Shown here one piece after another: positions 49,024-59,307 of a DNA stretch of 64,000 bases. Position 1 is the stretch's first letter. Every line of letters starts with the position of its first letter. Below the pieces are notes generated by a model that ran no database searches, had not been told where the DNA came from, and was given only the letters and a program-made list of their open reading frames with translations. Source of the stretch: Trueperaceae bacterium (GTDB taxonomy: Bacteria > Deinococcota > Deinococci > Deinococcales > Trueperaceae); NCBI GenBank assembly GCA_965214405.1, contig OZ243956.1, positions 2,208,001 through 2,272,000 on the forward strand, written 5' to 3'. The translations under genes were made by a program, and so were the position numbers.

Positions 49024-50847
49024 ATGACCCAAACACAGTCTCTCCCCCACTGGCAGTTGGAATCCATCTTCCCCAGCTTCGACGCCCCCGCCTTTGAAGA
49101 GGCCAAAACGGAACTTACCGGCGGCGTGCAGGCGCTCGAGGCGTTCATGGACGCTGCAAACATCCGCAAGCAGGAGAACGCGAAGGTTGACGAGGCTGCG
49201 GTTAAAACGTTTGACAGTCTCGTAGGAAAGCTCAACCACCTCTACACGAACTTAAGCGACGTGCGCGTGTTCATCTACGGTTTTGTCTCAACCGACGCGT
49301 TTAACGAGAGGGCGCAGGCGGAACTCTCGAGCCTGCAACCCCTAAGCAGCAAGCTGGGCTTTCTCGCCACCCGCGCGACCGCCTGGGTGGGCGGCTTTGA
49401 GGCGGAGGCGCTTATCGGGGCGTCGGGGACGGCAAGGGCGCACGCCCACTGGGTACGGCGGAGCTTGGTGGACGCGGCGCACCTCATGGGTGACGAGGCC
49501 GAGGAGCTTTTGTCAGGCCTAAACCCGAGCGCGGGCGGGGCCTGGGGCAAATTGCACGGCGACCTCATCAGCCGCCACAGCGTCCGCGCGGCCTTGCCCG
49601 GACGCGACGAAACGGACTACACCGTCGCCGAACTCAAAACGCTCCAGAGCGACGCGGACGCGGAGGTGCGTAAAGCGGCGTATGAGGTGGAGCTGAGGCT
49701 ATTGGAGAGAGACGCCGTCTCCTACGCAGCGGCGCTGAACAGCATCAAAGGACAGGTCAACGAGGTAAGTACCCGCCGCGGCTGGGCGAGCGCCTTGGAC
49801 GAGGCGCTTTTTGGCAACGCGATAACAAAGGCGAGTTTGGAGGCCATGCAGACGGCTTGCACGGACTCTTTTCCGGTGTTCCGGCGCTACCTCAAGGCCA
49901 AGGCCAAGTTTCTGGGCAAAACGAGCCTCGCCTGGTACGACCTTCAGGCCCCGGTCAATGCGGGGGAGGAGACGCGCTACGGCTGGGACGAGGCCAAGGC
50001 GTTCGTCGTCAAAAATTTTCGCTCATACTCAGACGACCTCTCCGACTTCGCCCGGATGACCTTTGATAGAGGCTGGTTTGATGTGCCGCCGCGCAAGGGC
50101 AAGCGCAACGGCGCGTTTTGCATGGGCGCGCCGGGAGTGCAGGAGTCGCGGGTGATGCTCAATTTCGGCGGCACCTTAGACGACATCTTCACCGTCGCGC
50201 ACGAACTCGGTCACGCCTACCACAATGCCTGCAAATACGCCTTTGACCGGACACTCTTGCAGGGCAGCACGCCGATGACCTTGGCCGAGACCGCGAGCAT
50301 CTTTTGCGAGACGATTGTCGTCAACGCGATGTTGGAAGGGGCCGACGACGCGGCCAAGCTGGCGGTGTTGGAGCAAGACCTTTTGGGCGCGACGCAGTTG
50401 GTGGTGGACATCCACTCGAGGTTCCTGTTCGAAAAAACCGTCTTCGACAAACGCAAAGCGCGCGAACTCTCGGTGGACGAACTCAAAGGAATCATGCTTG
50501 ACGCGCAGGCGCAGACCTACGGCGAGGCGTTAGACGCGGACGCGCGGCACCCTTACATGTGGGCGCAAAAAGGGCATTACTACAGCGCCGGGCGGAGCTA
50601 CTACAATTTTCCCTACACCTTTGGCTACCTTTTCGGTCTAGGACTTTACGCCACCTATCAGGCGGAGCCGAAGGGCTTTAGGGCGCGCTACGACGAGCTT
50701 CTGGCGAGCACCGGCATGAGTGATGCGGCGAGCTTGGCAAAAGGGTTTGGGATCGACATCGAGGACCCGGAGTTCTGGCGCTCGAGCCTGAAGATAGCCG
50801 AAGCGCGGGTGGAAACGTTTGAAGAGCTTGTCGAGGCGCGTGTGTGA
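49024..50847 (+). CDS. pepF: M3B oligoendopeptidase F
   Basis: WQLESIFP, GKRNGAFC, HELGHAYH, AETASIFCE, YYNFPYTFG; AAGGAG RBS. Confidence 0.92.
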   Translation: MTQTQSLPHWQLESIFPSFDAPAFEEAKTELTGGVQALEAFMDAANIRKQENAKVDEAAVKTFDSLVGKLNHLYTNLSDVRVFIYGFVSTDAFNERAQAELSSLQPLSSKLGFLATRATAWVGGFEAEALIGASGTARAHAHWVRRSLVDAAHLMGDEAEELLSGLNPSAGGAWGKLHGDLISRHSVRAALPGRDETDYTVAELKTLQSDADAEVRKAAYEVELRLLERDAVSYAAALNSIKGQVNEVSTRRGWASALDEALFGNAITKASLEAMQTACTDSFPVFRRYLKAKAKFLGKTSLAWYDLQAPVNAGEETRYGWDEAKAFVVKNFRSYSDDLSDFARMTFDRGWFDVPPRKGKRNGAFCMGAPGVQESRVMLNFGGTLDDIFTVAHELGHAYHNACKYAFDRTLLQGSTPMTLAETASIFCETIVVNAMLEGADDAAKLAVLEQDLLGATQLVVDIHSRFLFEKTVFDKRKARELSVDELKGIMLDAQAQTYGEALDADARHPYMWAQKGHYYSAGRSYYNFPYTFGYLFGLGLYATYQAEPKGFRARYDELLASTGMSDAASLAKGFGIDIEDPEFWRSSLKIAEARVETFEELVEARV

Positions 50848-51626
50848 ACTACCGCGAGCTTTTCAGCCTGCGCGGCAAAGGGGCGCTCGTCGTCGGGGCG
50901 GGCTCGGGCATCGGCGCGGCGGCGGCGCGGGGGTTGGCGGCCTTTGGCGCGGCGGTCGTATGTGCGGATTTGAATGGTGACGCTGCCCAAAACACGTGTG
51001 ACGCCATCCAAGAGGAGGGGGGTGAGGCTCGAGCCGCCACCATTGACATCACCAACGCTGAGAACATTAAAGAAGTCGTGGACAGTATAGAAAGTTCTCT
51101 CGACGTGCTCGTCTGTACGCCTTCGGTTAATGTGCGGAAGGCGGTGCTCGAGTACACCGAAGCCGACTTTGACAAGGTGGTGGACCTCAACCTCAAAGGC
51201 AGTTTTTTTGCGATGCAGGCCGCGGGGCGGCGCATGGCCGAGGCGGGGGGCGGGAGCATCGTCCTTTTTTCGTCCATTCGCGCGCAAGTGGTTGAGCCGG
51301 GGCAGGGCGTCTACGCGGCGACGAAGGCGGGCACCGTGCAGATGGTCCGGGCGCTCGCGGCGGAGCTTGGGCCTAGAGGCGTTCGTGCCAACGCTATTGC
51401 ACCGGGTGTGGTCGAAACCCCCCTGACCGCGCCCATCAAGAGTAAGCCCGACTGGTACGACGCCTACGCCAAAAAGAGCGTGCTGGGCCGCTGGGCGGGT
51501 CCCGACGAACTGGTGGGCGCGGTGGTCTATCTCGCTTCGGACGCCGCTTCGTTTGTTACGGGCTCGCTGCTGATGGTGGATGGCGGCTGGACTGCAGTGG
51601 ATGGGCGCTTCACGCCGCCCTTGTGA
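50844..51626 (+). CDS. SDR-family oxidoreductase
   Basis: GAGSGIG, YAATK, NAIAPG, VDGG. Confidence 0.93.
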   Translation: MNYRELFSLRGKGALVVGAGSGIGAAAARGLAAFGAAVVCADLNGDAAQNTCDAIQEEGGEARAATIDITNAENIKEVVDSIESSLDVLVCTPSVNVRKAVLEYTEADFDKVVDLNLKGSFFAMQAAGRRMAEAGGGSIVLFSSIRAQVVEPGQGVYAATKAGTVQMVRALAAELGPRGVRANAIAPGVVETPLTAPIKSKPDWYDAYAKKSVLGRWAGPDELVGAVVYLASDAASFVTGSLLMVDGGWTAVDGRFTPPL

Positions 51627-51633
51627 ATATAAA

Positions 51634-52878
51634 GTGAACATAGAGGCGCTTGCCAAGCGTGCAGCGGCGGCGGTGGACTCTGACAGGGTCATTTCTTTGA
51701 CGTGCGACCTCGTGCGGATTCGCAGCGTCTACGAGCCGCACGTGTCCGGCAGCAATGAAGGGGAGGCGGCGGGTTTTGTTGCGGGGGTGCTCGAGAATCT
51801 TGGGCTCACTGTTCACCTCGAGGAGGTTGCACCGGGCCGTCCCAACGTCATCGCTGACTGGTGTGGGCGTTCTTTCGACGCAGCTCGAGACAAAACGCTC
51901 ATGTTTGAAGGCCACACCGACGTGGTCACCGAAGGGGACGCGGAAAGCTGGACACATCCTCCTTTTGAGGCGCGGTTGATAGACGGCAAGATTTACGGGC
52001 GCGGCGCCGCCGACATGAAAGCGGGCGTGGCGGCGGCGTTAGGAGCGTTAGAGGCTGTGATGCGCACCGCCCCCGACCTCCCCGGACGCGTCCGCATGGG
52101 CTTTGTTGTAGACGAAGAGGGGATGATGACGGGCATCAAAGATTTCATCAAGCGGGGCTGGGCGGAAGGGGTGAACGGAGCCATCATCTGCGAACCCGAG
52201 GAGGGAGAACTTTGCTTGTTCCAGAAGGGCGCGCTGCGCGTCGGCGTTCTCGTGCGGGGGCGGATGGCGCACGGCGCGATGCCCTACGCGGGCGTCAACC
52301 CCGTCCCGCCGCTCGCCGACTTCGTGCGGGCGGTGCGGGAGTTGGAACAAAAAGAGCAAGCGCGGCTCGGTGAGCACAAATATCTGGGCCTCCCCTGGCT
52401 CACGCCGACGCTTCTGCGTGCCCCCGCAAAGGGTGAAGGACAACTCAACGTGATGCCCGAAACCGCCTACCTAGCCCTCGACATCCGCACCGTGCCCGGT
52501 CAGGACCACGACGAGCTTTTTGCAGCGTTGCAAGAAATAGGTGACCGCATTGAAAAGGAGGACGGGCGGGTGGAGATTGGGGTGGAACGGCTCGAGACCC
52601 GCCCCTGGACCCAAACCCCCGCGGACGATCCCTTGGTGAGCGCGTTAGAACGAGCGCACCAAACCGTCTTCTCCGCCCCACCCCGCTACGGCGGCGTGCC
52701 CGGCGCGACCGACGGCACCTTTTTGCGCGCCTGGGCGGGCGTGCCCATCGTCACCGTCGGGCCGGGCGACCGCACCATCCCGCACAGGCGTGACGAGTTC
52801 GTGCGCGCGGACGAGGTGGTACGCGCGGCGCGGCTTTATGCGGCGGCGGCGGTCTACTTTTTGAGTGGTGAGGGCTGA
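51634..52878 (+). CDS. M20 metallopeptidase (ArgE/DapE-like deacylase)
   Basis: GHTDVV, GRGAADMKAG, DEEG, CEP, GATDG, H...E. Confidence 0.9.
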   Translation: MNIEALAKRAAAAVDSDRVISLTCDLVRIRSVYEPHVSGSNEGEAAGFVAGVLENLGLTVHLEEVAPGRPNVIADWCGRSFDAARDKTLMFEGHTDVVTEGDAESWTHPPFEARLIDGKIYGRGAADMKAGVAAALGALEAVMRTAPDLPGRVRMGFVVDEEGMMTGIKDFIKRGWAEGVNGAIICEPEEGELCLFQKGALRVGVLVRGRMAHGAMPYAGVNPVPPLADFVRAVRELEQKEQARLGEHKYLGLPWLTPTLLRAPAKGEGQLNVMPETAYLALDIRTVPGQDHDELFAALQEIGDRIEKEDGRVEIGVERLETRPWTQTPADDPLVSALERAHQTVFSAPPRYGGVPGATDGTFLRAWAGVPIVTVGPGDRTIPHRRDEFVRADEVVRAARLYAAAAVYFLSGEG

Positions 52879-52948
52879 TATCCCAAGAAGCGTCGCACTT
52901 TGCACCCGCACGGTAGACTAGAAGCATTAGAAGTTAAAAGGAGGAACT

Positions 52949-54433
52949 GTGAAACATATCATTCTCGCCCTCGTCCTCACTTTGGGTTACGCCGTAGCGC
53001 AAGACTCCCCCGAACCCGTTTACGGCGGCGACGTAACCGTCTCCATCGCCGCCGAACCCCCCGGCTGGGACCCCTCGGCCTCGACCTCGCAAGAGATCGC
53101 CCGCGTCACCTACCACAACGTTTACGAGGGGCTGGTGCGCATCGACCGGAACGGCGACATCGTGCCGCAGCTCGCCGAGTCGTGGGAGGTCTCGGATGAC
53201 GGCCTCACCTGGACCTTCAACCTCCGTGAGGGTGTGACCTTCCACGACGGCTCGGCCTTTGACGCCGACGACGTGGTTGCCAAGTTCGAGCGGGCTACGG
53301 ACCCCGACTCGGGCCACACGCACCCGGAGTATTACGAGGCGATTGAGAGTGTGACGGGCGAGGGCAACACCGTCACCTTCAAACTTTCGAAGCCCGCCTC
53401 GAGCCTGCTTTACAACCTCGCCCGCCCGGACTCGGTCATCGCGCCTTCGGAAAAGCTCGAGACGCAGCGGAGCCAGCCTGTCGGCACCGGCCCCTTCGTC
53501 TTTGCGGACTATCTCGAGGGCAGCGAGGTGCGCTTGGAACGGTTTGAGGATTATTACATAGAGGGCGTGCCCTACTTGGACAGCGTTACTTTTCGCATCA
53601 TCGAAGACCCCAACGCGCGCTTCGCGGCCTTGCAGGCGGGCGACATCGACATGATTGGCGTCGCCATCAGCCCGGAAACGGCCATCCAGGTGCAGAGCAA
53701 CCCCGACCTCAAACTCACCGAGGGCTTTAACACCACCGAAATCACGATGGCGCTCAACAACGCGCGCGAGCCCCTGAATGACCCGCTCGTGCGGCAGGCC
53801 ATCACCCACGCTATCGACAAAACGACCATCGTTGACGGGGCGATGTTCGGCTTCGGGACGCCCATCGGCACCCACGCGACCCCGGCGGAACCTTATTACA
53901 TAGACTTGGAACCTTACCCGTACGACCCCGAGCGGGCGAGAGAGCTGCTGGCGGAGGCGGGCTATCCGGACGGTTTCACGGTCTCTTTCGAGTTGCCCGA
54001 ACCCTACAACTTAGAGCGCACCACGGGGGAAGTCATCGCTCAGCAGCTTAGCGAAGTAGGCATCAACGTGGATTTGAGCGTGGTCGAGTGGGGCACCTGG
54101 ATTCAGCGCATCTTTTTAGGCGGCGACTACGACATGACCATCATCGGCCATTCCGAGCCGCGCGACATCGGCATCTACGGCAATCCGGATTACTATTACC
54201 ACTACGACAACCCGGAGGTGGGTGCGCTGCTCGAGCAAATCGAAGCGACCACCAACGAGAACGAGCAGGCGGACCTTTATGGGGAGATTGAACGCATCAT
54301 CGCCGAGGACGCGGTGAACGTCTGGGTTTTCACCCCAACCTCGCTCGTCGCGGCCAGAGAAGACCTCTACGGGTTCTGGACGGACCAGCCCACCGTCGCC
54401 ATCGACATGACCGAGGCGTTTCTTGCTCAGTAG
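52949..54433 (+). CDS. ABC transporter substrate-binding protein (family 5, peptide/nickel)
   Basis: Signal peptide; YEGLV, LAESWEVS, LREGVTFHDG, GTGPF, VRQAITHAID. Confidence 0.93.
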   Translation: MKHIILALVLTLGYAVAQDSPEPVYGGDVTVSIAAEPPGWDPSASTSQEIARVTYHNVYEGLVRIDRNGDIVPQLAESWEVSDDGLTWTFNLREGVTFHDGSAFDADDVVAKFERATDPDSGHTHPEYYEAIESVTGEGNTVTFKLSKPASSLLYNLARPDSVIAPSEKLETQRSQPVGTGPFVFADYLEGSEVRLERFEDYYIEGVPYLDSVTFRIIEDPNARFAALQAGDIDMIGVAISPETAIQVQSNPDLKLTEGFNTTEITMALNNAREPLNDPLVRQAITHAIDKTTIVDGAMFGFGTPIGTHATPAEPYYIDLEPYPYDPERARELLAEAGYPDGFTVSFELPEPYNLERTTGEVIAQQLSEVGINVDLSVVEWGTWIQRIFLGGDYDMTIIGHSEPRDIGIYGNPDYYYHYDNPEVGALLEQIEATTNENEQADLYGEIERIIAEDAVNVWVFTPTSLVAAREDLYGFWTDQPTVAIDMTEAFLAQ

Positions 54434-54475
54434 TAGAGTGGTTTTAGAGGAAGGCTTCTAGCTCCTCAATCCCTC

Positions 54476-55417
54476 ATGCTCGCTTACGTTCTCCGCCGCT
54501 TCTTAACCGCGCTTCTAAGCCTCTTTTTGGCCGCCGTGTTCGTGTTCGCGGCGCTCCTGGCGGTGCCGGGCGACCCGGCAGAGATTATTTTGGGGGTCAA
54601 CTCGAGCCCCCAAGCCCTCGCCGCGCTCCGCAACCAGTTGGGCCTCAACGAGCCGCCCGTCGCGCGCTTCTTGGGCTGGTTGGGCGGGCTCGCGCGCGGC
54701 GACTTCGGCGAGTCGCTGAACTATCAGAAGCCGGTGCGGGCGCTTCTCGCCGACAGGCTAGAGGTTTCGGTGCCGCTCGCCTTGGGAGGAATGCTCATCG
54801 CGTGCCTCATCGCGCTGCCGCTGGGCATCTTCGCCGCCTTGCGTCAGGGCACGTGGCTGGACCCGCTCGTTATCGGCTTCTCGCAACTCGGCGCAGCCAT
54901 TCCATCGTTTTGGCTCGGGCTCATGCTCATCTTGCTTTTCGGCGTTGAGTGGGGACTTTTGCCCACGGGCGGTTTTGTTCCCTGGGAGCGGAGCGTCACG
55001 GGTGCGCTTCGTAGTCTCGCCCTGCCGACGCTGGCCTTGGGTCTGGGACAGGCGGCGGTCATCACCCGGATGACGCGCGCGGCGCTGCTCGAGACCCTTC
55101 ACCAAGACTACATCCGCACCGCCGACGCCAAGGGTTTAGCCAAGCGCCGCGTGGTTTTGGGCCACGCACTACGTAATGCGATGGTCACCCTCGTGACCGT
55201 CCTGGGTTTAAGCCTCTCGCAACTCCTCGTGGGCGCTATCGTCATCGAAGAAGTGTTCGCGCTCCCCGGTCTCGGCAGTCTGGCGCTCAAGGCCATCGGC
55301 ACCCGCGACTTTCCCCTCCTTCAGGCCGAAGTCCTCCTCTACGCGGGCGTTATCGTGGGGCTGAGCTTCCTCGTGGACCTTCTTTACGGCGTGCTCGACC
55401 CGCGTATTAGGTACTAA
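54476..55417 (+). CDS. ABC transporter permease (DppB/OppB-like)
   Basis: PGDPAEIILG, DYIRTADAKGL, HALRNA, DPRIRY. Confidence 0.93.
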   Translation: MLAYVLRRFLTALLSLFLAAVFVFAALLAVPGDPAEIILGVNSSPQALAALRNQLGLNEPPVARFLGWLGGLARGDFGESLNYQKPVRALLADRLEVSVPLALGGMLIACLIALPLGIFAALRQGTWLDPLVIGFSQLGAAIPSFWLGLMLILLFGVEWGLLPTGGFVPWERSVTGALRSLALPTLALGLGQAAVITRMTRAALLETLHQDYIRTADAKGLAKRRVVLGHALRNAMVTLVTVLGLSLSQLLVGAIVIEEVFALPGLGSLALKAIGTRDFPLLQAEVLLYAGVIVGLSFLVDLLYGVLDPRIRY

Positions 55418-55463
55418 TAGGGGAAGACGTGAGGAGCACTTCTTCCTTTTCCTTCTTTTAATC

Positions 55464-56273
55464 ATGCCCCGCCTCAACCTTACCCTCGGCGCATCACTGA
55501 TTGGACTCGTCACCTTCGCGGCGCTCCTCAGTTTTTTCTGGTTGCCCTACGACCCCAACGAGATAGACTTTGCCGTCAAGCTCGAGCCCCCGTCCGCCGC
55601 GCACCTCTTAGGCACCGACTCCTTCGGCCGCGACCTCTTGAGCCGCCTCTTGGTGGGCGCGCGTGGAACGCTTCTGGTGGGCTTTATCGCGGTGGGCATC
55701 GCGTTCAGTTTGGGAAGCCTCATCGGCGCGGTGGCGGGGTATGTGGGAGGTTTTCTGGACGAAGCCTTTATGCGTCTTTCCGACGTGCTTTACGCCTTCC
55801 CGCCCGTGCTCATGGCGATTCTTTTGGCCGCCATCTACGGGCCGGGCACCTTTACCGCGATGGTCGCCATCGGCCTCGCCACGGTGCCGGTCTTTGCCCG
55901 GCTCATGCGCGCGTCAGTCTTGAGCGTCCGTAGCAACGACTATGTGGAGGCGGGACGCGCGCTGGGCGTGAGCGCGCGCCGCGTGCTCTTCCGGCACATC
56001 CTCCCCAACGCGCTTTCACCCGTTATCGTGCAGGCCAGCCTCTCGTTCGCGGTGGCCGTCCTCGCCGAGGCGGCGCTGTCTTTTCTGGGCCTCGGCACCC
56101 CGCCGCGCACGCCGAGCTGGGGCAACATGCTCCGCGAGGCGCAAAGTTTTCTGGCCCTAAGCCCCTACCCCGCGCTGGTGCCGGGTTTCGCCATCATCGT
56201 CACGGTTCTGGGCTGGAGCTTGTTGGGCGACGGGCTGCGGGACTATCTGGACCCGAAGGCGCGGGGGCGGTAG
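55464..56273 (+). CDS. ABC transporter permease (DppC/OppC-like)
   Basis: HLLGTDSFGRD, YVEAGRALG, HILPN, GDGLRDYLDP. Confidence 0.93.
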   Translation: MPRLNLTLGASLIGLVTFAALLSFFWLPYDPNEIDFAVKLEPPSAAHLLGTDSFGRDLLSRLLVGARGTLLVGFIAVGIAFSLGSLIGAVAGYVGGFLDEAFMRLSDVLYAFPPVLMAILLAAIYGPGTFTAMVAIGLATVPVFARLMRASVLSVRSNDYVEAGRALGVSARRVLFRHILPNALSPVIVQASLSFAVAVLAEAALSFLGLGTPPRTPSWGNMLREAQSFLALSPYPALVPGFAIIVTVLGWSLLGDGLRDYLDPKARGR

Positions 56274-56277
56274 GAGA

Positions 56278-57480
56278 GTGTCACAAGCGGAAGCTCTTAG
56301 TCAGCGGGCGCTCGAGCGCCGCCTCAAACGCCACCTGTGGGGCGCGCCGCAGCACTTTTTCGCCCCTTGTGCGCCTCCTTTTGAAGGAGTGCTCGTCAAC
56401 GAGGTGCGGGCGCTGCCGGACGTGAGCGAGGTTGAAGTGTTACGGGGAGGCGTCGCCTTTGCGGGTCCCTTTGACACCCTCTACCACGCCAACTTGCACC
56501 TGCGCACCGCCCACCGGGTGCTGCTCCGTGTTGATGAATTCTTAGCACAGTCCTACCCCATGCTTTTTAACAAGGCGAGTAAGCTCCCGTGGGAACGTTA
56601 CGTAGGATTCAACGACGCCTACAGCGTAACGGTGAGCGCCAAGCGGAGCCGTCTGCGCCATCAACAGAACATCACTGACACGCTCCACGCCGCGGTTCTG
56701 GAAGCTGTTGAACCGCTAGGACTTCACCCCAAGCTTGTTCCAGACGCGCCCATAAACTTTCACGTGCGCCTTTTCGAAGACCGTTGCGCCGTCTCCTTAG
56801 ATACGAGCGGCGCGCACCTGCATAAGCGCGGCTATCGTCAGGCGGGTGCCAAAGCGCCCATCCGCGAAACGCTGGCGGCGGGGCTGCTCATGACGCTCCC
56901 GGAGCACTACGACCTTATCTTAGACCCAATGTGCGGCGCGGGCACCTTGCTTATCGAGGGGGCGCTGCTAGCCAAAAACATCGCGCCGGGCGGGGCGCGC
57001 GCTTTTGCCTTTGAGCAGTTCCCGAGCTTTCAAAGGAGCAAGTGGGAGCGGTTTAGGAGGGAGGCTCGAGCCTCACAGAAGCCTGCCTCCCTTCGACTTG
57101 TCGGTAGCGACCTTTCTGAAGGCGCACTGCGCGCCGCCGGAGCCAACGCAGAACGCGCCGGTGTGGCAAAAGATATCACTTTTTTACAGGGGGACGCGCG
57201 AAGTCTGCCTTACGCTAAATTTGCCGAAGGGGGACGAAAGCTGCTGCTCAGCAACCTGCCCTACGGACGGCGTGTCGGAACTCAGGCGGAGGCGAAACGG
57301 CTTTATAGAGATTTTGTTACGCAACTTATAAAAGACTGCGGCGGTTGGGATTTTGCTTTCGTTACGCCCCATCCCGGATGGCTGGAGGAGGCGGGGCTCA
57401 GCCGTACGGGAATGCTCGCCTTCTCCAACGGCGGCCTTGACGTCTCATTGGTGACGGGTACCGTGCTGGACGGAGCGTGA
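56278..57480 (+). CDS. THUMP-domain RNA methyltransferase (RlmL/YpsC-like)
   Basis: NLHLRTAHRV, DTSGAHLHKRGYR, APIRETLAAG, DPMCGAGT, SNLPYG. Confidence 0.88.
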   Translation: MSQAEALSQRALERRLKRHLWGAPQHFFAPCAPPFEGVLVNEVRALPDVSEVEVLRGGVAFAGPFDTLYHANLHLRTAHRVLLRVDEFLAQSYPMLFNKASKLPWERYVGFNDAYSVTVSAKRSRLRHQQNITDTLHAAVLEAVEPLGLHPKLVPDAPINFHVRLFEDRCAVSLDTSGAHLHKRGYRQAGAKAPIRETLAAGLLMTLPEHYDLILDPMCGAGTLLIEGALLAKNIAPGGARAFAFEQFPSFQRSKWERFRREARASQKPASLRLVGSDLSEGALRAAGANAERAGVAKDITFLQGDARSLPYAKFAEGGRKLLLSNLPYGRRVGTQAEAKRLYRDFVTQLIKDCGGWDFAFVTPHPGWLEEAGLSRTGMLAFSNGGLDVSLVTGTVLDGA

Positions 57481-57509
57481 AGCTCGCTCCTGACGAAAAC
57501 TCTCGAGCG

Positions 57510-58634
57510 TTAGCCCCCCTGACCAAGCCCCAGCTCCGGGGGAGGAAACGCGGCGCGCAGGTTCGGGTCGTGCGCCAGGGCTCGAGCCTCTACCGGGACA
57601 GCCGCCGCGAGCTCAACCCGACCTTGACGAAAAAGCTCTTCAAACAGCGCCACAAGCTCCGGGTCGAAGTGGCTCCCGGCCTCCGCCTTGAGGTACGCCA
57701 GCGCCTGCGCGGGCGGCATGGGCTGGCGGTAGGGGCGTTCGCTGGTGAGCGCCTCGAACACGTCGGCTACCGTGACGATGCGGCTCATGAGCGGGATGGC
57801 CTCCTGCCCTAACCCCAGCGGATACCCGAGCCCGTCCCAGCGTTCGTGGTGAGAACGCACCACCTGCGCGATATCGGTAAACTCCGCCGACACCGCCTTT
57901 AGGAGCTCCGCGCCGTAGGCCGAGTGATGTTTGATTTCGCCAAACTCCTCTTCGGTCAGCGCGCCCGGTTTGAGAAGAACGGTTTCCGAGACGGCGATTT
58001 TGCCTAGATCGTGGAGCAGCGCGCCCCAGTGGAGGGTCTCGAGCTGCCTACCACTAAATCCGAGCGCCTCGCCCATTGCCCTGGCATTGTGGGCCACGCG
58101 GTTACAGTGGCCTTTGGAGGCCTTGTCACGCCCCTCGACGATGAGCGCCAAATTCGAGAGCAGACTCACGCAAACCTCCGAGAGGTGGTCAACCGCCGAC
58201 TCTGCGTTAACGATTTGCCGCCGGAACACCCCGACGATATAGCCCGCCGCCCCACCGAAGCCGAGAAAGAGCGCGCTTTGGACGAGCCACGCCGTCAGGT
58301 ATACGTTTGCGGGCGCTACAGTCGGTATGAATGGCACGAAGAGGAGGCTCGAGGCCGCCCCAGCCGCCAGCCCGCCTTTCACCTTGAACAAGCCCGCCGC
58401 AACGAGGATAGTCAGATACATAAGCTGCATAACGGGGGGTTTCACGCCGCCAAAAAGAAGCACCCCGAGAACAACGCCGCCGAGAAGGCCAACCACAGCC
58501 GCCGCCGAAAGAAGGTGATGGACGAGCCGTCGCCCTTCAAAAAACGGTGGTCTGGACGTCTGCACTAACGCCGCCCCAAATAAAATTCTGTAGACACAAC
58601 GGTTTGTTGAACGCAGGGAACGACCACAGGACAC
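57510..58634 (-). CDS. membrane-bound HD-GYP cyclic-dinucleotide phosphodiesterase
   Basis: 3-4 N-terminal TM helices; GHCNRV, HDLGK, HHERWDGLGYP, VADVFEALTSERPYR; start uncertain. Confidence 0.9.
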   Translation of the reverse strand: MSCGRSLRSTNRCVYRILFGAALVQTSRPPFFEGRRLVHHLLSAAAVVGLLGGVVLGVLLFGGVKPPVMQLMYLTILVAAGLFKVKGGLAAGAASSLLFVPFIPTVAPANVYLTAWLVQSALFLGFGGAAGYIVGVFRRQIVNAESAVDHLSEVCVSLLSNLALIVEGRDKASKGHCNRVAHNARAMGEALGFSGRQLETLHWGALLHDLGKIAVSETVLLKPGALTEEEFGEIKHHSAYGAELLKAVSAEFTDIAQVVRSHHERWDGLGYPLGLGQEAIPLMSRIVTVADVFEALTSERPYRQPMPPAQALAYLKAEAGSHFDPELVALFEELFRQGRVELAAAVPVEARALAHDPNLRAAFPPPELGLGQGG

Positions 58635-58846
58635 GTCTCCTTTCGACGTGTCAGTAGCCTAGCAAGAGAGTGTTTAGAAAACGTACATAAACCCTCTCCG
58701 GCGAGAAAAAAGCTAATTTTATGCAGAAGCTACCATTAACTTCTGGACGCTTTTTCAGGTGGCTGAGTTACGGGTAACGCAGAGCCTGGAGCCTCAGCCA
58801 CTCATTCAGTTGTTAATGACGAAATGAACTCTTGAGCCGGAGCTAT

Positions 58847-58978
58847 TTATCTGTGCTCAAGTCCGGCCTGAACCCCCGGGGCACTTCTATGCTCGAGACC
58901 AGCGGCAAAAGCCGTGCTGGCAGCGGTAACAGAAAACACGATGATGGCTGAAACGGCGAACCTGGCAATCCTCTTCAT
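58847..58978 (-). CDS. 43-aa secreted propeptide with two AGLEHR repeats (candidate signalling peptide)
   Basis: MKRIARFAVSAIIVFSVTAASTAFA|AGLEHRSAPGVQAGLEHR. GGAG RBS, Sec signal ending AFA, repeats differ only at synonymous sites. Confidence 0.75.
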   Translation of the reverse strand: MKRIARFAVSAIIVFSVTAASTAFAAGLEHRSAPGVQAGLEHR

Positions 58979-59291
58979 TTTTCTCTCCCTTTCTCTTCCC
59001 CACCGTTTTTCGGTCTCCCAACCCTTCAACGGTGTTTGAATCTGCCACTACAAAATAGACAAAGACTTCAAGCGACCTATTTCGCCTGAATGAAAAGCCT
59101 ATTCAACTGTAGCGCGAACCTGAACGTTCCCGTCCTCATGGTACATCTCCCATTTCTCTCGTTCTACCCGCTTCGCGGGATCTCCCAATCCCTTAAAACG
59201 TCCCTCCTCGAGTCTCCCAAAACGAGAAGGTAGCTAAAAACTATCATAACGATTCATGAAAGGCAAGGGTTCTGTACAAAACCGGGGGCGT

Positions 59292-59307
59292 TATGAGAAA
59301 TCTCACA
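59292..59307. promoter_or_regulatory. candidate CRP-family (DdrI-like) binding site in the divergent promoter region
   Basis: TATGA-GAAATC-TCACA matches TGTGA-N6-TCACA at 9/10. Confidence 0.45.

Noticed and set aside
58979..59029. 17-aa N-terminal extension of the peptide ORF (60-aa call)
   Set aside because: It is the purine-rich RBS region; ATG 58978 gives a canonical signal peptide.
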